Positions 19,632 through 27,787 of a stretch of 37,210 bases of DNA are shown piece after piece. The notes beneath the pieces are model-generated. The model made no database searches. It saw only the letters and a list, made by a program, of their open reading frames with translations, and had not been told where the DNA came from. Positions within the stretch are counted from its first letter, which is position 1; each line of letters begins with the position of its first letter. The DNA is from a virus (lineage: Duplodnaviria > Heunggongvirae > Uroviricota > Caudoviricetes): IMG/VR virus record IMGVR_UViG_2671180673_000011, positions 1 to 37,210 of that record; one strand, given 5' to 3'. The position numbers and the translations under genes were made by a program.

Positions 19632-20282
19632 TCAGCGGCTGTCATTGCGCAGTCTGCGCTCCAGCTGCTGTTTGTCTTTTTTCACGCCACAGCGGGGATC
19701 GAGCTGTAACGCATGGTTGAGATGATTAAGGGCGGAAGCCGGGTTGCTTTCACTCAGGACAGCGCCAATCGCTTTATGCAGACGCGCCCGTGACTGGTCC
19801 GGCATATCCAGACCGTCTGTCAGCTCCAGCGTCTGCAGCAACAGATCGGCATCAAAGCCGGTGGCGGCAAGCATTGCGCTCTGCGCCGCGTCTGCCATTT
19901 CCTCTGCCAGCACGGTCTGCACATTGCGATTACCCAGCGGCATCACCCAGCCATGACGCAGGGCATGACGCCCGATCTCCAGCGCCCCGGCATAATCTCC
20001 GGCATCAATGCGCCACAGCATCACGTACATCAGCACGTCATCCTGTTGAGCGCCTCCGGCAGCCAGGACACCCTCTGCCCAGGCGACGTATTTCGGCAGC
20101 AGCTCCACCTTGATTTCCGCTTTTTTGACCGTGGACTGAACGCCCTTGAGACGGCGGCGGTCTTCCGCCAGTTGCAGCAGCATCAGGTCATAGCCCGACG
20201 CGTGGCGAACACTGCCGCCCTCACGGGCGGCCTGTTCAGCCTGAACGCGCAGGCGATGCTGCCGTGCGGGACTCAGGCTCAT
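19632..20282 (-). CDS. M: terminase endonuclease subunit M
   Basis: 216 aa, position between N and L as in P2. Confidence 0.85.
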   Translation of the reverse strand: MSLSPARQHRLRVQAEQAAREGGSVRHASGYDLMLLQLAEDRRRLKGVQSTVKKAEIKVELLPKYVAWAEGVLAAGGAQQDDVLMYVMLWRIDAGDYAGALEIGRHALRHGWVMPLGNRNVQTVLAEEMADAAQSAMLAATGFDADLLLQTLELTDGLDMPDQSRARLHKAIGAVLSESNPASALNHLNHALQLDPRCGVKKDKQQLERRLRNDSR

Positions 20283-20285
20283 GAA

Positions 20286-21344
20286 TTACGCTCCGGCTTC
20301 TGCTGCAGCGGCGCTGAAATCGCCAATCTGGATGTTTTCCACCAGTGCGGCGCAGCGGTAGTCCTCAACCACATAGGCTTCGTTAACGGATTCAAAGTTT
20401 TCAATCCGGTCACGTTTCGGGTTGTCGATAACTGAACGGCGGCGGGTGTCTTCCTGCCAGTAGATGGACAGGTTATCCAGACGGGTGATCAGCAGCGCAT
20501 TCGGCGGGAAGAACGGCGCACGCACGGCCTGCAGGCCCCCCATGCGTTTCTGACTGATGATCATATCGGCAGCCAGTTTTTCACTGTTTTCCTGCTCTTT
20601 GTTGACCAGCGGGAAATACTTGTCAGACAACAGTTCACGACCGCAAATCACCACCAGATCGTCATCGTCCTGGTAAACCACGTCGATAAGCTCATTGACC
20701 GCATCCATCACCACAGCGTCCAGGTTGGCATATTCGCCACCTTTCCCGACTTTCACCGCACCCGGTGTGGTTTCACCGCCCGTGGTGGTACTGCCCATGA
20801 CGTGATCCGGTGCATCCTCACGGATTTTCTGCAGCCAGCCTTTGTTCACATCCTGCAGCAGCGGGTTTTCGCTACGGTTGGAGGTTTTCGCACGCTTCAC
20901 GCCGTTAAAGCCGATCATGATGCGGTCCAGTGCCTGACGTTTCACGATGGCGTTACGGATACGCACCTGGAAATCCTGAAACTTCGCCCACAGGTCCAGC
21001 TTCGCGTAGGTCAGCACCGTGTCAAAGTTGGTCTGCTCGCATTTATATTCCACATCGACCATCAGCGTCGGATCGACAGGCTCACGCTCTTTTGCGGTGG
21101 TATCAGTGGTTCCGGCAATGGTGCTGCCAACCCCCAGCCCCAGCAACTGCCCAGACTGCTCAGTCACTGGCGTGACGTTAATCAGCGTCAGGAAAGCGGC
21201 GGACTGCTGGATCTGGTCTTCCAGCGTCTGCTGTACAGACGGCTCCACGGTGAACTTGCTGGACAGTTCTTCAACTGCCACACCGTTCAGACGCGCCAGC
21301 TGCTGCAGGTAAGCGTTAAAAGCAAAGCGGGTATTCTTCTTCAT
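20286..21344 (-). CDS. N: major capsid protein N
   Basis: 352 aa; length and position of P2 gpN. Confidence 0.9.
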   Translation of the reverse strand: MKKNTRFAFNAYLQQLARLNGVAVEELSSKFTVEPSVQQTLEDQIQQSAAFLTLINVTPVTEQSGQLLGLGVGSTIAGTTDTTAKEREPVDPTLMVDVEYKCEQTNFDTVLTYAKLDLWAKFQDFQVRIRNAIVKRQALDRIMIGFNGVKRAKTSNRSENPLLQDVNKGWLQKIREDAPDHVMGSTTTGGETTPGAVKVGKGGEYANLDAVVMDAVNELIDVVYQDDDDLVVICGRELLSDKYFPLVNKEQENSEKLAADMIISQKRMGGLQAVRAPFFPPNALLITRLDNLSIYWQEDTRRRSVIDNPKRDRIENFESVNEAYVVEDYRCAALVENIQIGDFSAAAAEAGA

Positions 21345-21360
21345 CAGGTTTTGTGCTCCA

Positions 21361-22194
21361 TCAGCAATTGGTCAGAGTGTCAGCGAGGGCGTTACCGCCT
21401 GTTGCACGCTGGCGGTAGTCCTGGCGGCTGTCTTCATGGCTCAGCTTATTCACCAGTTCGTTAAAGGCGGTTTGCTGCTCCTGCAGAGCAGTCTCCAGCT
21501 CAGACAGGCGTTCTTCCTGCTCAGACAGGGATTTTTCGGTGCGTGCGCTCAGGTTCTGCTGCTCAGTGGCGACCAGCTCCACGGCTTTATGCACATCAGA
21601 GAACCGGGCATCGTCTGACTGCTCTTTTTTGGTGAACAGCGCCGTGACGCGGGCAAACAGGGACGGTTTGTCATCCTGGATTTCTTCCAGTTCGATCACC
21701 GTTTCCTCTGCAGCGGTAAAGAGATTGGCGGGATTCTGCTTGCGGTTTGCCAGCGGGTTATGGGCTGCACTGGCGCTGAATGTCAGCATTTCCGTACCCA
21801 GACTGGCAGGGTCATCAGTGGCAGCCAGGCCGACCAGGTAGGCTTTGCCCGTATCAGCGAACTTCGGGCTGACTTCCATAGAGGTGAATAATTTCTGGCC
21901 TTTTTTCACCAGTTCCACCAGGGACTCCGTTGGCTCAACGTCGGCATACAGCGCCATCTTGCCTGCCAGCGGACCTTCCGTGATTTCTTCAGCAAACAGC
22001 GCCGTCACCTTGCCGTAGCGGTTAAAGGTGCTGTCCGGCAGATAAGACTTGATGTGCTCAAGGTTAATCAGCGCGGTATACACCGCCGGGTTGTAGCTGG
22101 CTGCCATCTGTTCCAGCCATTCACGCTGGATTTCGCGTCCGTCGGTGGTGGCACCTTCCACCCCGATGCGAAAACGCTTTGCTTTCACTGTCAT
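21361..22194 (-). CDS. O: capsid scaffolding protein O
   Basis: 277 aa; ...FRIGVEGATTDGREI...INLEH... and C-terminal ...ATGGNALADTLTNC resemble P2 gpO. Confidence 0.85.
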   Translation of the reverse strand: MTVKAKRFRIGVEGATTDGREIQREWLEQMAASYNPAVYTALINLEHIKSYLPDSTFNRYGKVTALFAEEITEGPLAGKMALYADVEPTESLVELVKKGQKLFTSMEVSPKFADTGKAYLVGLAATDDPASLGTEMLTFSASAAHNPLANRKQNPANLFTAAEETVIELEEIQDDKPSLFARVTALFTKKEQSDDARFSDVHKAVELVATEQQNLSARTEKSLSEQEERLSELETALQEQQTAFNELVNKLSHEDSRQDYRQRATGGNALADTLTNC

Positions 22195-22272
22195 GAGCCG
22201 TGCTCCGTTAGAAAAAACTTACTGGAGCCTTATGGTTGCGGTGATGGGGGCAGTGAAACAATGCGCGGTATT

Positions 22273-22290
22273 TGTACCGACAACCACACA
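22273..22290. promoter_or_regulatory. candidate Ogr-binding late-promoter element (TGT-N12-ACA) in the divergent O/P region
   Basis: TGTACCGACAACCACACA, about 87 bp upstream of O and 55 bp upstream of P. Confidence 0.35.
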
Positions 22291-22336
22291 AACCGCAGGC
22301 GGGGAAAGCCTTCATTCAAGGCTGTAGGTTTGTGCC

Positions 22337-24103
22337 ATGAACACCACACTGACACCCGCAGATCTCGATCCCCGTCGGCAGGCCATGCTGCTGTACTTTC
22401 AGGGATACCGCGTAGCCCGCATTGCTGAAATGCTGGGCGAGAAAGTTGCAACCGTTCACAGCTGGAAAAAACGCGACAAGTGGGGTGACTATGGGCCGCT
22501 GGATCAGATGCAGCTCACCACCGCCGCACGCTACTGCCAGCTCATTATGAAGGAGCACAAAGAAGGGAAAGATTTCAAAGAGATTGACCTGCTGGCGCGC
22601 CAGTCGGAGCGCCATGCGCGGATCGGCAAGTTTAACAATGGCGGCAACGAAGCCGACTTAAACCCTAACGTCGCCAACCGCAACAAAGGCCCGCGCCGTC
22701 AGCCGGAAAAGAACGTTTTCACCGATGAACAGATTGAGAAGCTGGAAGAAATCTTCCATTCCTCCATGTTCAACTACCAGCGCCACTGGTGGGAAGCCGG
22801 AAAAACCAACCGCATCCGCAACCTGCTGAAGTCACGCCAGATCGGCGCGACCTTTTACTTTGCCCGTGAAGCCCTGATTGACGCCCTGCTTACCGGACGT
22901 AACCAGATTTTCCTTTCTGCCAGTAAGGCACAGGCTCACGTCTTTAAGCAGTACATCATAGACTTCGCCAAAGAAGTCGAGGTGGAGCTGAAAGGCGATC
23001 CGATGGTGCTTCCTAACGGAGCCACGCTTTACTTCCTCGGCACCAATGCCCGCACGGCCCAGAGTTATCACGGCAACCTGTATCTGGATGAATATTTCTG
23101 GATACCGAAATTCCAGGAGCTGCGCAAAGTGGCTTCCGGTATGGCTATTCACAAAAAATGGCGACAGACCTATTTTTCCACGCCATCCAGTCTGACACAC
23201 AGTGCTTATCCGTTCTGGTCCGGTGCGCTGTTCAACCGTGGGCGCAACAAAGCCGACAAGGTGGACATCGACCTGTCCCACAGCAATCTGGCCCCCGGCC
23301 TGCTGTGCGCAGACGGGCAATACCGCCAGATAGTCACCGTGGAAGATGCGGTGCGCGGCGGCTGTAACCTGTTCGACCTCGACCAGCTACGCATGGAGTA
23401 CAGCCCGGACGAATACCAGAACCTGCTGATGTGCGAGTTTGTGGACGATCTCGCGTCCGTGTTTCCGCTCAGCGAGCTGCAGGCGTGCATGGTGGACAGT
23501 TGGGAAGTCTGGACCGACTTTCATGCACTGGCCCTGCGCCCGTTTGGCTGGCGCGAAGTGTGGATCGGTTATGATCCGGCAAAAGGTACGCAGAACGGCG
23601 ACAGTGCCGGATGCGTGGTGGTGGCACCGCCAGCCGTGCCGGGTGGTAAGTTCCGCATTCTTGAGCGTCACCAGTGGCGCGGGATGGACTTCCGCGCCCA
23701 GGCTGACGCCATCAAAAAACTGACCGAGCAGTACAACGTGACCTACATCGGCATCGACTCGACAGGTGTCGGCCACGGGGTTTACGAGAACGTGAAAGCG
23801 TTTTTTCCAGCCGTCCGGGAGTTTGTCTACAACCCCAACGTTAAAAACGCCCTGGTACTCAAGGCCTACGACATTATCAGTCACCGTCGTCTGGAGTTTG
23901 ACGCCGGACACACCGACATAGCGCAGTCATTTATGGCAATCCGTCGCGCCACCACCGCCAGCGGCAACCGCCCAACCTATGAAGCCAGCCGCAGCGAAGA
24001 AGCCAGCCATGCCGATCTGGCCTGGGCAACAATGCACGCACTGTTTAACGAACCGCTGCAGGGCGAATCCGCCAATACCAGCAATATTGTGGAGATTTTT
24101 TGA
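22337..24103 (+). CDS. P: terminase ATPase (large) subunit P
   Basis: 588 aa, divergent from O as in P2. Confidence 0.9.
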   Translation: MNTTLTPADLDPRRQAMLLYFQGYRVARIAEMLGEKVATVHSWKKRDKWGDYGPLDQMQLTTAARYCQLIMKEHKEGKDFKEIDLLARQSERHARIGKFNNGGNEADLNPNVANRNKGPRRQPEKNVFTDEQIEKLEEIFHSSMFNYQRHWWEAGKTNRIRNLLKSRQIGATFYFAREALIDALLTGRNQIFLSASKAQAHVFKQYIIDFAKEVEVELKGDPMVLPNGATLYFLGTNARTAQSYHGNLYLDEYFWIPKFQELRKVASGMAIHKKWRQTYFSTPSSLTHSAYPFWSGALFNRGRNKADKVDIDLSHSNLAPGLLCADGQYRQIVTVEDAVRGGCNLFDLDQLRMEYSPDEYQNLLMCEFVDDLASVFPLSELQACMVDSWEVWTDFHALALRPFGWREVWIGYDPAKGTQNGDSAGCVVVAPPAVPGGKFRILERHQWRGMDFRAQADAIKKLTEQYNVTYIGIDSTGVGHGVYENVKAFFPAVREFVYNPNVKNALVLKAYDIISHRRLEFDAGHTDIAQSFMAIRRATTASGNRPTYEASRSEEASHADLAWATMHALFNEPLQGESANTSNIVEIF

Positions 24104-25140
24104 TGGGAAAGAGTAAGAAGAACCGAGCTGCGGCGACGAAACAGATCCAGCTTAAAAGTCAAACTACAGCCGAAGCATTCAGCTTCGGCGATCCCGTTCC
24201 TGTTCTGGACCGCCGTGAACTGCTGGACTATGTGGAATGCGTACAGATGGACCGTTGGTATGAGCCGCCCGTCAGCTTTGACGGACTGGCGCGCACCTTC
24301 CGCGCCGCCGTGCATCACAGTTCCCCGATTGCAGTAAAGTGCAACATTCTGACCAGTACCTATATCCCTCATCCGCTGCTCAGCCAGCAGGCTTTTTCGC
24401 GTTTTGTGCAGGACTATCTGGTATTTGGTAACGCCTACCTGGAGAAACGCACGAACCGATTCGGTGAAGTTATCGCCCTTGAGCCTGCCCTGGCAAAATA
24501 CACCCGACGTGGATTAGACCTGGATACCTACTGGTTTGTGCAATACGGCATAACAACGCAACCGTATCAGTTCACGAAAGGCAGCATTTTTCACCTGATG
24601 GAACCGGATATCAACCAGGAGATCTACGGCCTGCCCGGTTATCTTTCTGCCATTCCGTCAGCCCTGCTCAACGAGTCCGCCACGCTGTTCCGTCGAAAGT
24701 ATTACATTAACGGCAGTCATGCAGGCTTCATCATGTACATGACCGACGCCGCGCAGAACCAGGAGGATGTAAACAACCTCCGTAACGCGATGAAAAGCGC
24801 CAAAGGACCAGGTAACTTCCGCAATCTGTTTATGTACTCGCCTAACGGCAAAAAGGACGGACTTCAGATCATCCCATTGTCAGAAGTCGCGGCGAAGGAT
24901 GAGTTTCTGAATATCAAAAATGTCAGCCGCGATGACATGATGGCAGCGCACCGTGTGCCACCGCAAATGATGGGGATTATGCCGAATAATGTTGGGGGGT
25001 TTGGGGATGTGGAGAAGGCAAGCCGTGTATTCGTCCGAAATGAGCTAATGCCACTACAAAAGCGATTACAGGAGATGAATGATTGGCTTGGCAAGGAGGC
25101 GATACAGTTTGATACCTACTCGCTAGATATAGCCCCATAA
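24100..25140 (+). CDS. Q: portal protein Q
   Basis: 346 aa, overlaps the P stop by 4 nt; length of P2 gpQ. Confidence 0.9.
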   Translation: MMGKSKKNRAAATKQIQLKSQTTAEAFSFGDPVPVLDRRELLDYVECVQMDRWYEPPVSFDGLARTFRAAVHHSSPIAVKCNILTSTYIPHPLLSQQAFSRFVQDYLVFGNAYLEKRTNRFGEVIALEPALAKYTRRGLDLDTYWFVQYGITTQPYQFTKGSIFHLMEPDINQEIYGLPGYLSAIPSALLNESATLFRRKYYINGSHAGFIMYMTDAAQNQEDVNNLRNAMKSAKGPGNFRNLFMYSPNGKKDGLQIIPLSEVAAKDEFLNIKNVSRDDMMAAHRVPPQMMGIMPNNVGGFGDVEKASRVFVRNELMPLQKRLQEMNDWLGKEAIQFDTYSLDIAP

Positions 25141-25144
25141 TAAG

Positions 25145-25168
25145 AAAAGCCACCGTTTGGTGGCTTTT
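25145..25168. terminator. bidirectional rho-independent terminator
   Basis: AAAA-GCCACC-GTTT-GGTGGC-TTTT between the convergent Q and the HipS/HIRAN gene. Confidence 0.5.
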
Positions 25169-25174
25169 CTTCAT

Positions 25175-25915
25175 TTACTCAATAGGTTCAAACTCATCTT
25201 GAGGAATCAGCGTCGATTGACAGGCTTGGCTTAGTACCCCTGATAATTTACATAATAACCGATAGTTATGAGGAGCATCATCGCTAATCTTTTCGACCGT
25301 TAAAGTGATTGATTTTGGATCATCCAATAACATCTTCTTGATGTCATTACTTAAATACCTAGGGCAGTAACCAACGATTTCAGCTGGTTTATCTGCACGA
25401 ACGACAACAGCATCCCCATCGTATTCATTTTGAAGATCCAAGCAAAGACGCAAAATTTGCCCCGGTTTCAATTCAGATACACGAGCATTAGCTAAGCTAT
25501 TCAAGTAACCAAGTCCATGTAAGAAGAAAAAATGCTCAAAGTTACCATCAGAATCAAAATCAATTTTTTTGAAAATCTGCAGCTGATCAGTGCTTCGTAA
25601 GCCTCCCGAGCGAGCAAGAATATCGATAGGATTTACCTTATCTTCTTCAAATCCAAGCCATTTAATGAAACTCGGATACTCTGGACGTCTCGGTGATAAA
25701 AGGCGATTTTTAAAAAGAGGAAACAATTCTTCCGATACATAAGTTTCACGAACATCACTCATGCCGCTAAACTTTGTAAATTTAGAAGATTTAAGAGCAC
25801 CTTTGGTATACCTGAAAACATACCCCGATTTGCGCTCTTGCAAGTTACCAACAACATGCCAGTCTCTGGTATCTGGTGCCTGCCATGCGACGTAAACGGA
25901 GTTTGTATTAGTCAT
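25175..25915 (-). CDS. HipS-like / HIRAN-domain fusion protein (putative partner of the HipA-like kinase)
   Basis: N-terminal LFPLFKNRLLSP and DILARSGGL resemble HipA N-subdomain-1 (FFDNLLPDSP...); C-terminal LRLCLDLQNEYDGDAVVVRADKPAEIVGYCPRYL fits the HIRAN signature; ATGA overlap with the upstream kinase gene. Confidence 0.6.
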   Translation of the reverse strand: MTNTNSVYVAWQAPDTRDWHVVGNLQERKSGYVFRYTKGALKSSKFTKFSGMSDVRETYVSEELFPLFKNRLLSPRRPEYPSFIKWLGFEEDKVNPIDILARSGGLRSTDQLQIFKKIDFDSDGNFEHFFFLHGLGYLNSLANARVSELKPGQILRLCLDLQNEYDGDAVVVRADKPAEIVGYCPRYLSNDIKKMLLDDPKSITLTVEKISDDAPHNYRLLCKLSGVLSQACQSTLIPQDEFEPIE

Positions 25916-26826
25916 TCTAGTAACCTTCTGCGATTTTCCATTACCATTAACGTTGCAAATCTACGTGCACTGTCGGATATACACGATGAAGGCACTTGGT
26001 TAAACACATCTGTAATGGAATCTTCTGTTAAAACGCTCAACTTACCTAACCAATGGTCGCGAGCGGCAACTCTCCCTTCAACTGCATGTTGAAATGCTTC
26101 AACAGTCAGCAAGGGCTTTTTATCAGTTTTTGCTTTGAATAGCTCAGAGCGAGCTTTTCTTACAAAACATGGGATTTGTCGATTTTTATCTTTAGTATTA
26201 AGCCGTTCGTTACGCTCATCATCTAACATCTCCCTTCCTAAACTAGCGGCATGATCGTATGTTGGACACAAAAACTGCTCACCAGTTTCATTGTTAAGCA
26301 TGATTGCCCAATTTTCATGGTGGCGATCTTGATTACTCACAAGTGCATCGAGCATCAAATATCCACAAAATACATCTGCTGCATTTAGCCCGGTTAGATC
26401 ATATACACTCGGAGGAGGCTTGATAGATTCCCTATCTAAACAACCCAAGACCCTTGTGACAGTGTGTTCTCTGACCCTTACCGGCTTTTCCCCGGCTTGT
26501 AAAGGCCCAGGATAATCGAATGTCGAACTGTGAAGCACTTCATTTCCCATTACCATCCGGAAACCAGATGGAATGATATTCTGAGTCACCACACCGAATC
26601 GACCATTGTATCGCGCCAAATCATAGCTAGCATGTGGAATGTTAAGCAAATGACATAACTCAGCAGCACACTTTTCAGACCAATGCTCGCCAGTACCTGG
26701 CCTAGAGTACTTAAACAACTGCAAATTTACAGTGTCATCGGAGAAATAGAACCAAAACTTCTCTTTGGTTCCTAACTGTTCAAGATCGTTAGCTACGGGG
26801 CTAAGCTCTACCAATTGGTATGGCAT
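25912..26826 (-). CDS. HipA-like (HipT-type core) protein kinase
   Basis: 304 aa; GTKEKFWF (cf. HipA Gly-rich loop VAGAQEK), catalytic loop SNQDRHHENWAIM (cf. HipA GATDGHAKNF), CPTYD (cf. HipA TPFYD); no HipA N-subdomain-1. Confidence 0.7.
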   Translation of the reverse strand: MPYQLVELSPVANDLEQLGTKEKFWFYFSDDTVNLQLFKYSRPGTGEHWSEKCAAELCHLLNIPHASYDLARYNGRFGVVTQNIIPSGFRMVMGNEVLHSSTFDYPGPLQAGEKPVRVREHTVTRVLGCLDRESIKPPPSVYDLTGLNAADVFCGYLMLDALVSNQDRHHENWAIMLNNETGEQFLCPTYDHAASLGREMLDDERNERLNTKDKNRQIPCFVRKARSELFKAKTDKKPLLTVEAFQHAVEGRVAARDHWLGKLSVLTEDSITDVFNQVPSSCISDSARRFATLMVMENRRRLLE

Positions 26827-26978
26827 CTGACATCCCTGTTTAGCGGATTATGAATAAGTTAGGTTCCATTTTATCCAAACATTGTCAAATACCCTAAGAT
26901 TTATTAGATGATAGAGCGATACTGTATGTATGTCCAGCAATCAAATCAATATATAACTCTTATATGGCTTAACGCGCG

Positions 26979-26997
26979 CTCGTATCCCCGCCACGCC
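26979..26997 (-). other. candidate cohesive-end (cos) site
   Basis: Minus strand reads GGCGTGGCGGGGATACGAG; first 13 nt equal the 186 cos as I recall it (GGCGTGGCGGGGAAAGCAT). Confidence 0.4.
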
Positions 26998-27042
26998 TGC
27001 CCGCTTTATGTAGTGGTTTTCATGCACCTGCATGATCTACGC

Positions 27043-27066
27043 AAAAGCCCGCCAGTTCTGGCGGGC
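27043..27066 (-). terminator. rho-independent terminator after the DinI/Tum-like operon
   Basis: GCCCGCC/GGCGGGC stem with a T-run on the minus strand. Confidence 0.45.
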
Positions 27067-27201
27067 CTTAGCAAAAACGATCCTCAAACGATCATGCGAT
27101 CTCATGCGGCATAGACATGCACTACAGAGCTAACGCCTCGCAAGGGCTCGTTGTTCAACCTTGCTGACGCCAGAAGCAAGTTCAGACGCCAGCAACGTTT
27201 C

Positions 27202-27435
27202 TTAATGCAGCCAGCTGTCGTCTTCCCACACCTTCTGCATAATTTTCATCACTTGTTTTCTTTCTTCGTCCAGTTGCAATCCGGTAAGTTCCACACCGTT
27301 AGAGCTACCTTTGCGGATACGAATTACCGTTTTGGGATACAGAGGGCGCAGATTGCGGTAAAGCTCGGATTCAAGAGCGTCCAGGGTAGACTGGCTAATC
27401 TTCTGCTCTTTATCGATCATTATTTCAATGCGCAT
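27202..27435 (-). CDS. DinI-family protein (C-terminal part of a 186 Tum-like antirepressor)
   Basis: MRIEIMIDKEQ...DALESEL...WEDDSWLH aligns along its length with E. coli DinI; GAGGTGA Shine-Dalgarno 5 nt before ATG 27435. Confidence 0.8.
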   Translation of the reverse strand: MRIEIMIDKEQKISQSTLDALESELYRNLRPLYPKTVIRIRKGSSNGVELTGLQLDEERKQVMKIMQKVWEDDSWLH

Positions 27436-27445
27436 AAAAGTCACC

Positions 27446-27634
27446 TCAGCTGATGACATCCATTGAGCGGTTGTATTCGTGGGTTCTGATTTTTGCCATG
27501 AGTTCATCAGTCAATTCAGAAACCCACTGCAGAGCCAGCCCCTTCTCTTCATCACTACACTCACTAGCCGCTACAAGCTTAAGAAAAAAATCAATGCGCT
27601 GGAGCTTCAAAGACTCCAAAAAATAGTCCTGCAT
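27446..27634 (-). CDS. small SOS-regulated protein, possibly the N-terminal part of a split Tum-like antirepressor
   Basis: 62 aa from ATG 27634 with AGGAGG Shine-Dalgarno; LexA box about 45 bp upstream; the 3' end overlaps the DinI-frame ORF in another frame. Confidence 0.5.
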   Translation of the reverse strand: MQDYFLESLKLQRIDFFLKLVAASECSDEEKGLALQWVSELTDELMAKIRTHEYNRSMDVIS

Positions 27635-27675
27635 CTTTCCTCCTATGACACCACACGCAATACTGTATGCATAAC

Positions 27676-27695
27676 CACTGTTTATATTTACAGTA
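27676..27695. promoter_or_regulatory. LexA (SOS) box
   Basis: cACTGTTTATATTTACAGTA, a perfect CTGT-N8-ACAG with AT-rich spacer. Confidence 0.65.
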
Positions 27696-27787
27696 TATAA
27701 TAATCTTACTGATGTAAAACGTTTTTTTACGTTCATCAGCCTGATATGCCTGGTATTATTAAGAGCACGAATTGTTAACCCGCGTAA

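Noticed and set aside
22331-22348. Second TGT-N12-ACA match (TGTGCCATGAACACCACA)
   Set aside because: It overlaps the start codon of terminase gene P, so it cannot be an upstream activator site; probably chance within a CACACA-rich stretch.
26908-27114. 68-aa plus-strand ORF spanning the candidate cos site and terminator
   Set aside because: Crosses the cos-like sequence and a terminator hairpin, has no ribosome-binding site, and lies in an intergenic regulatory region.
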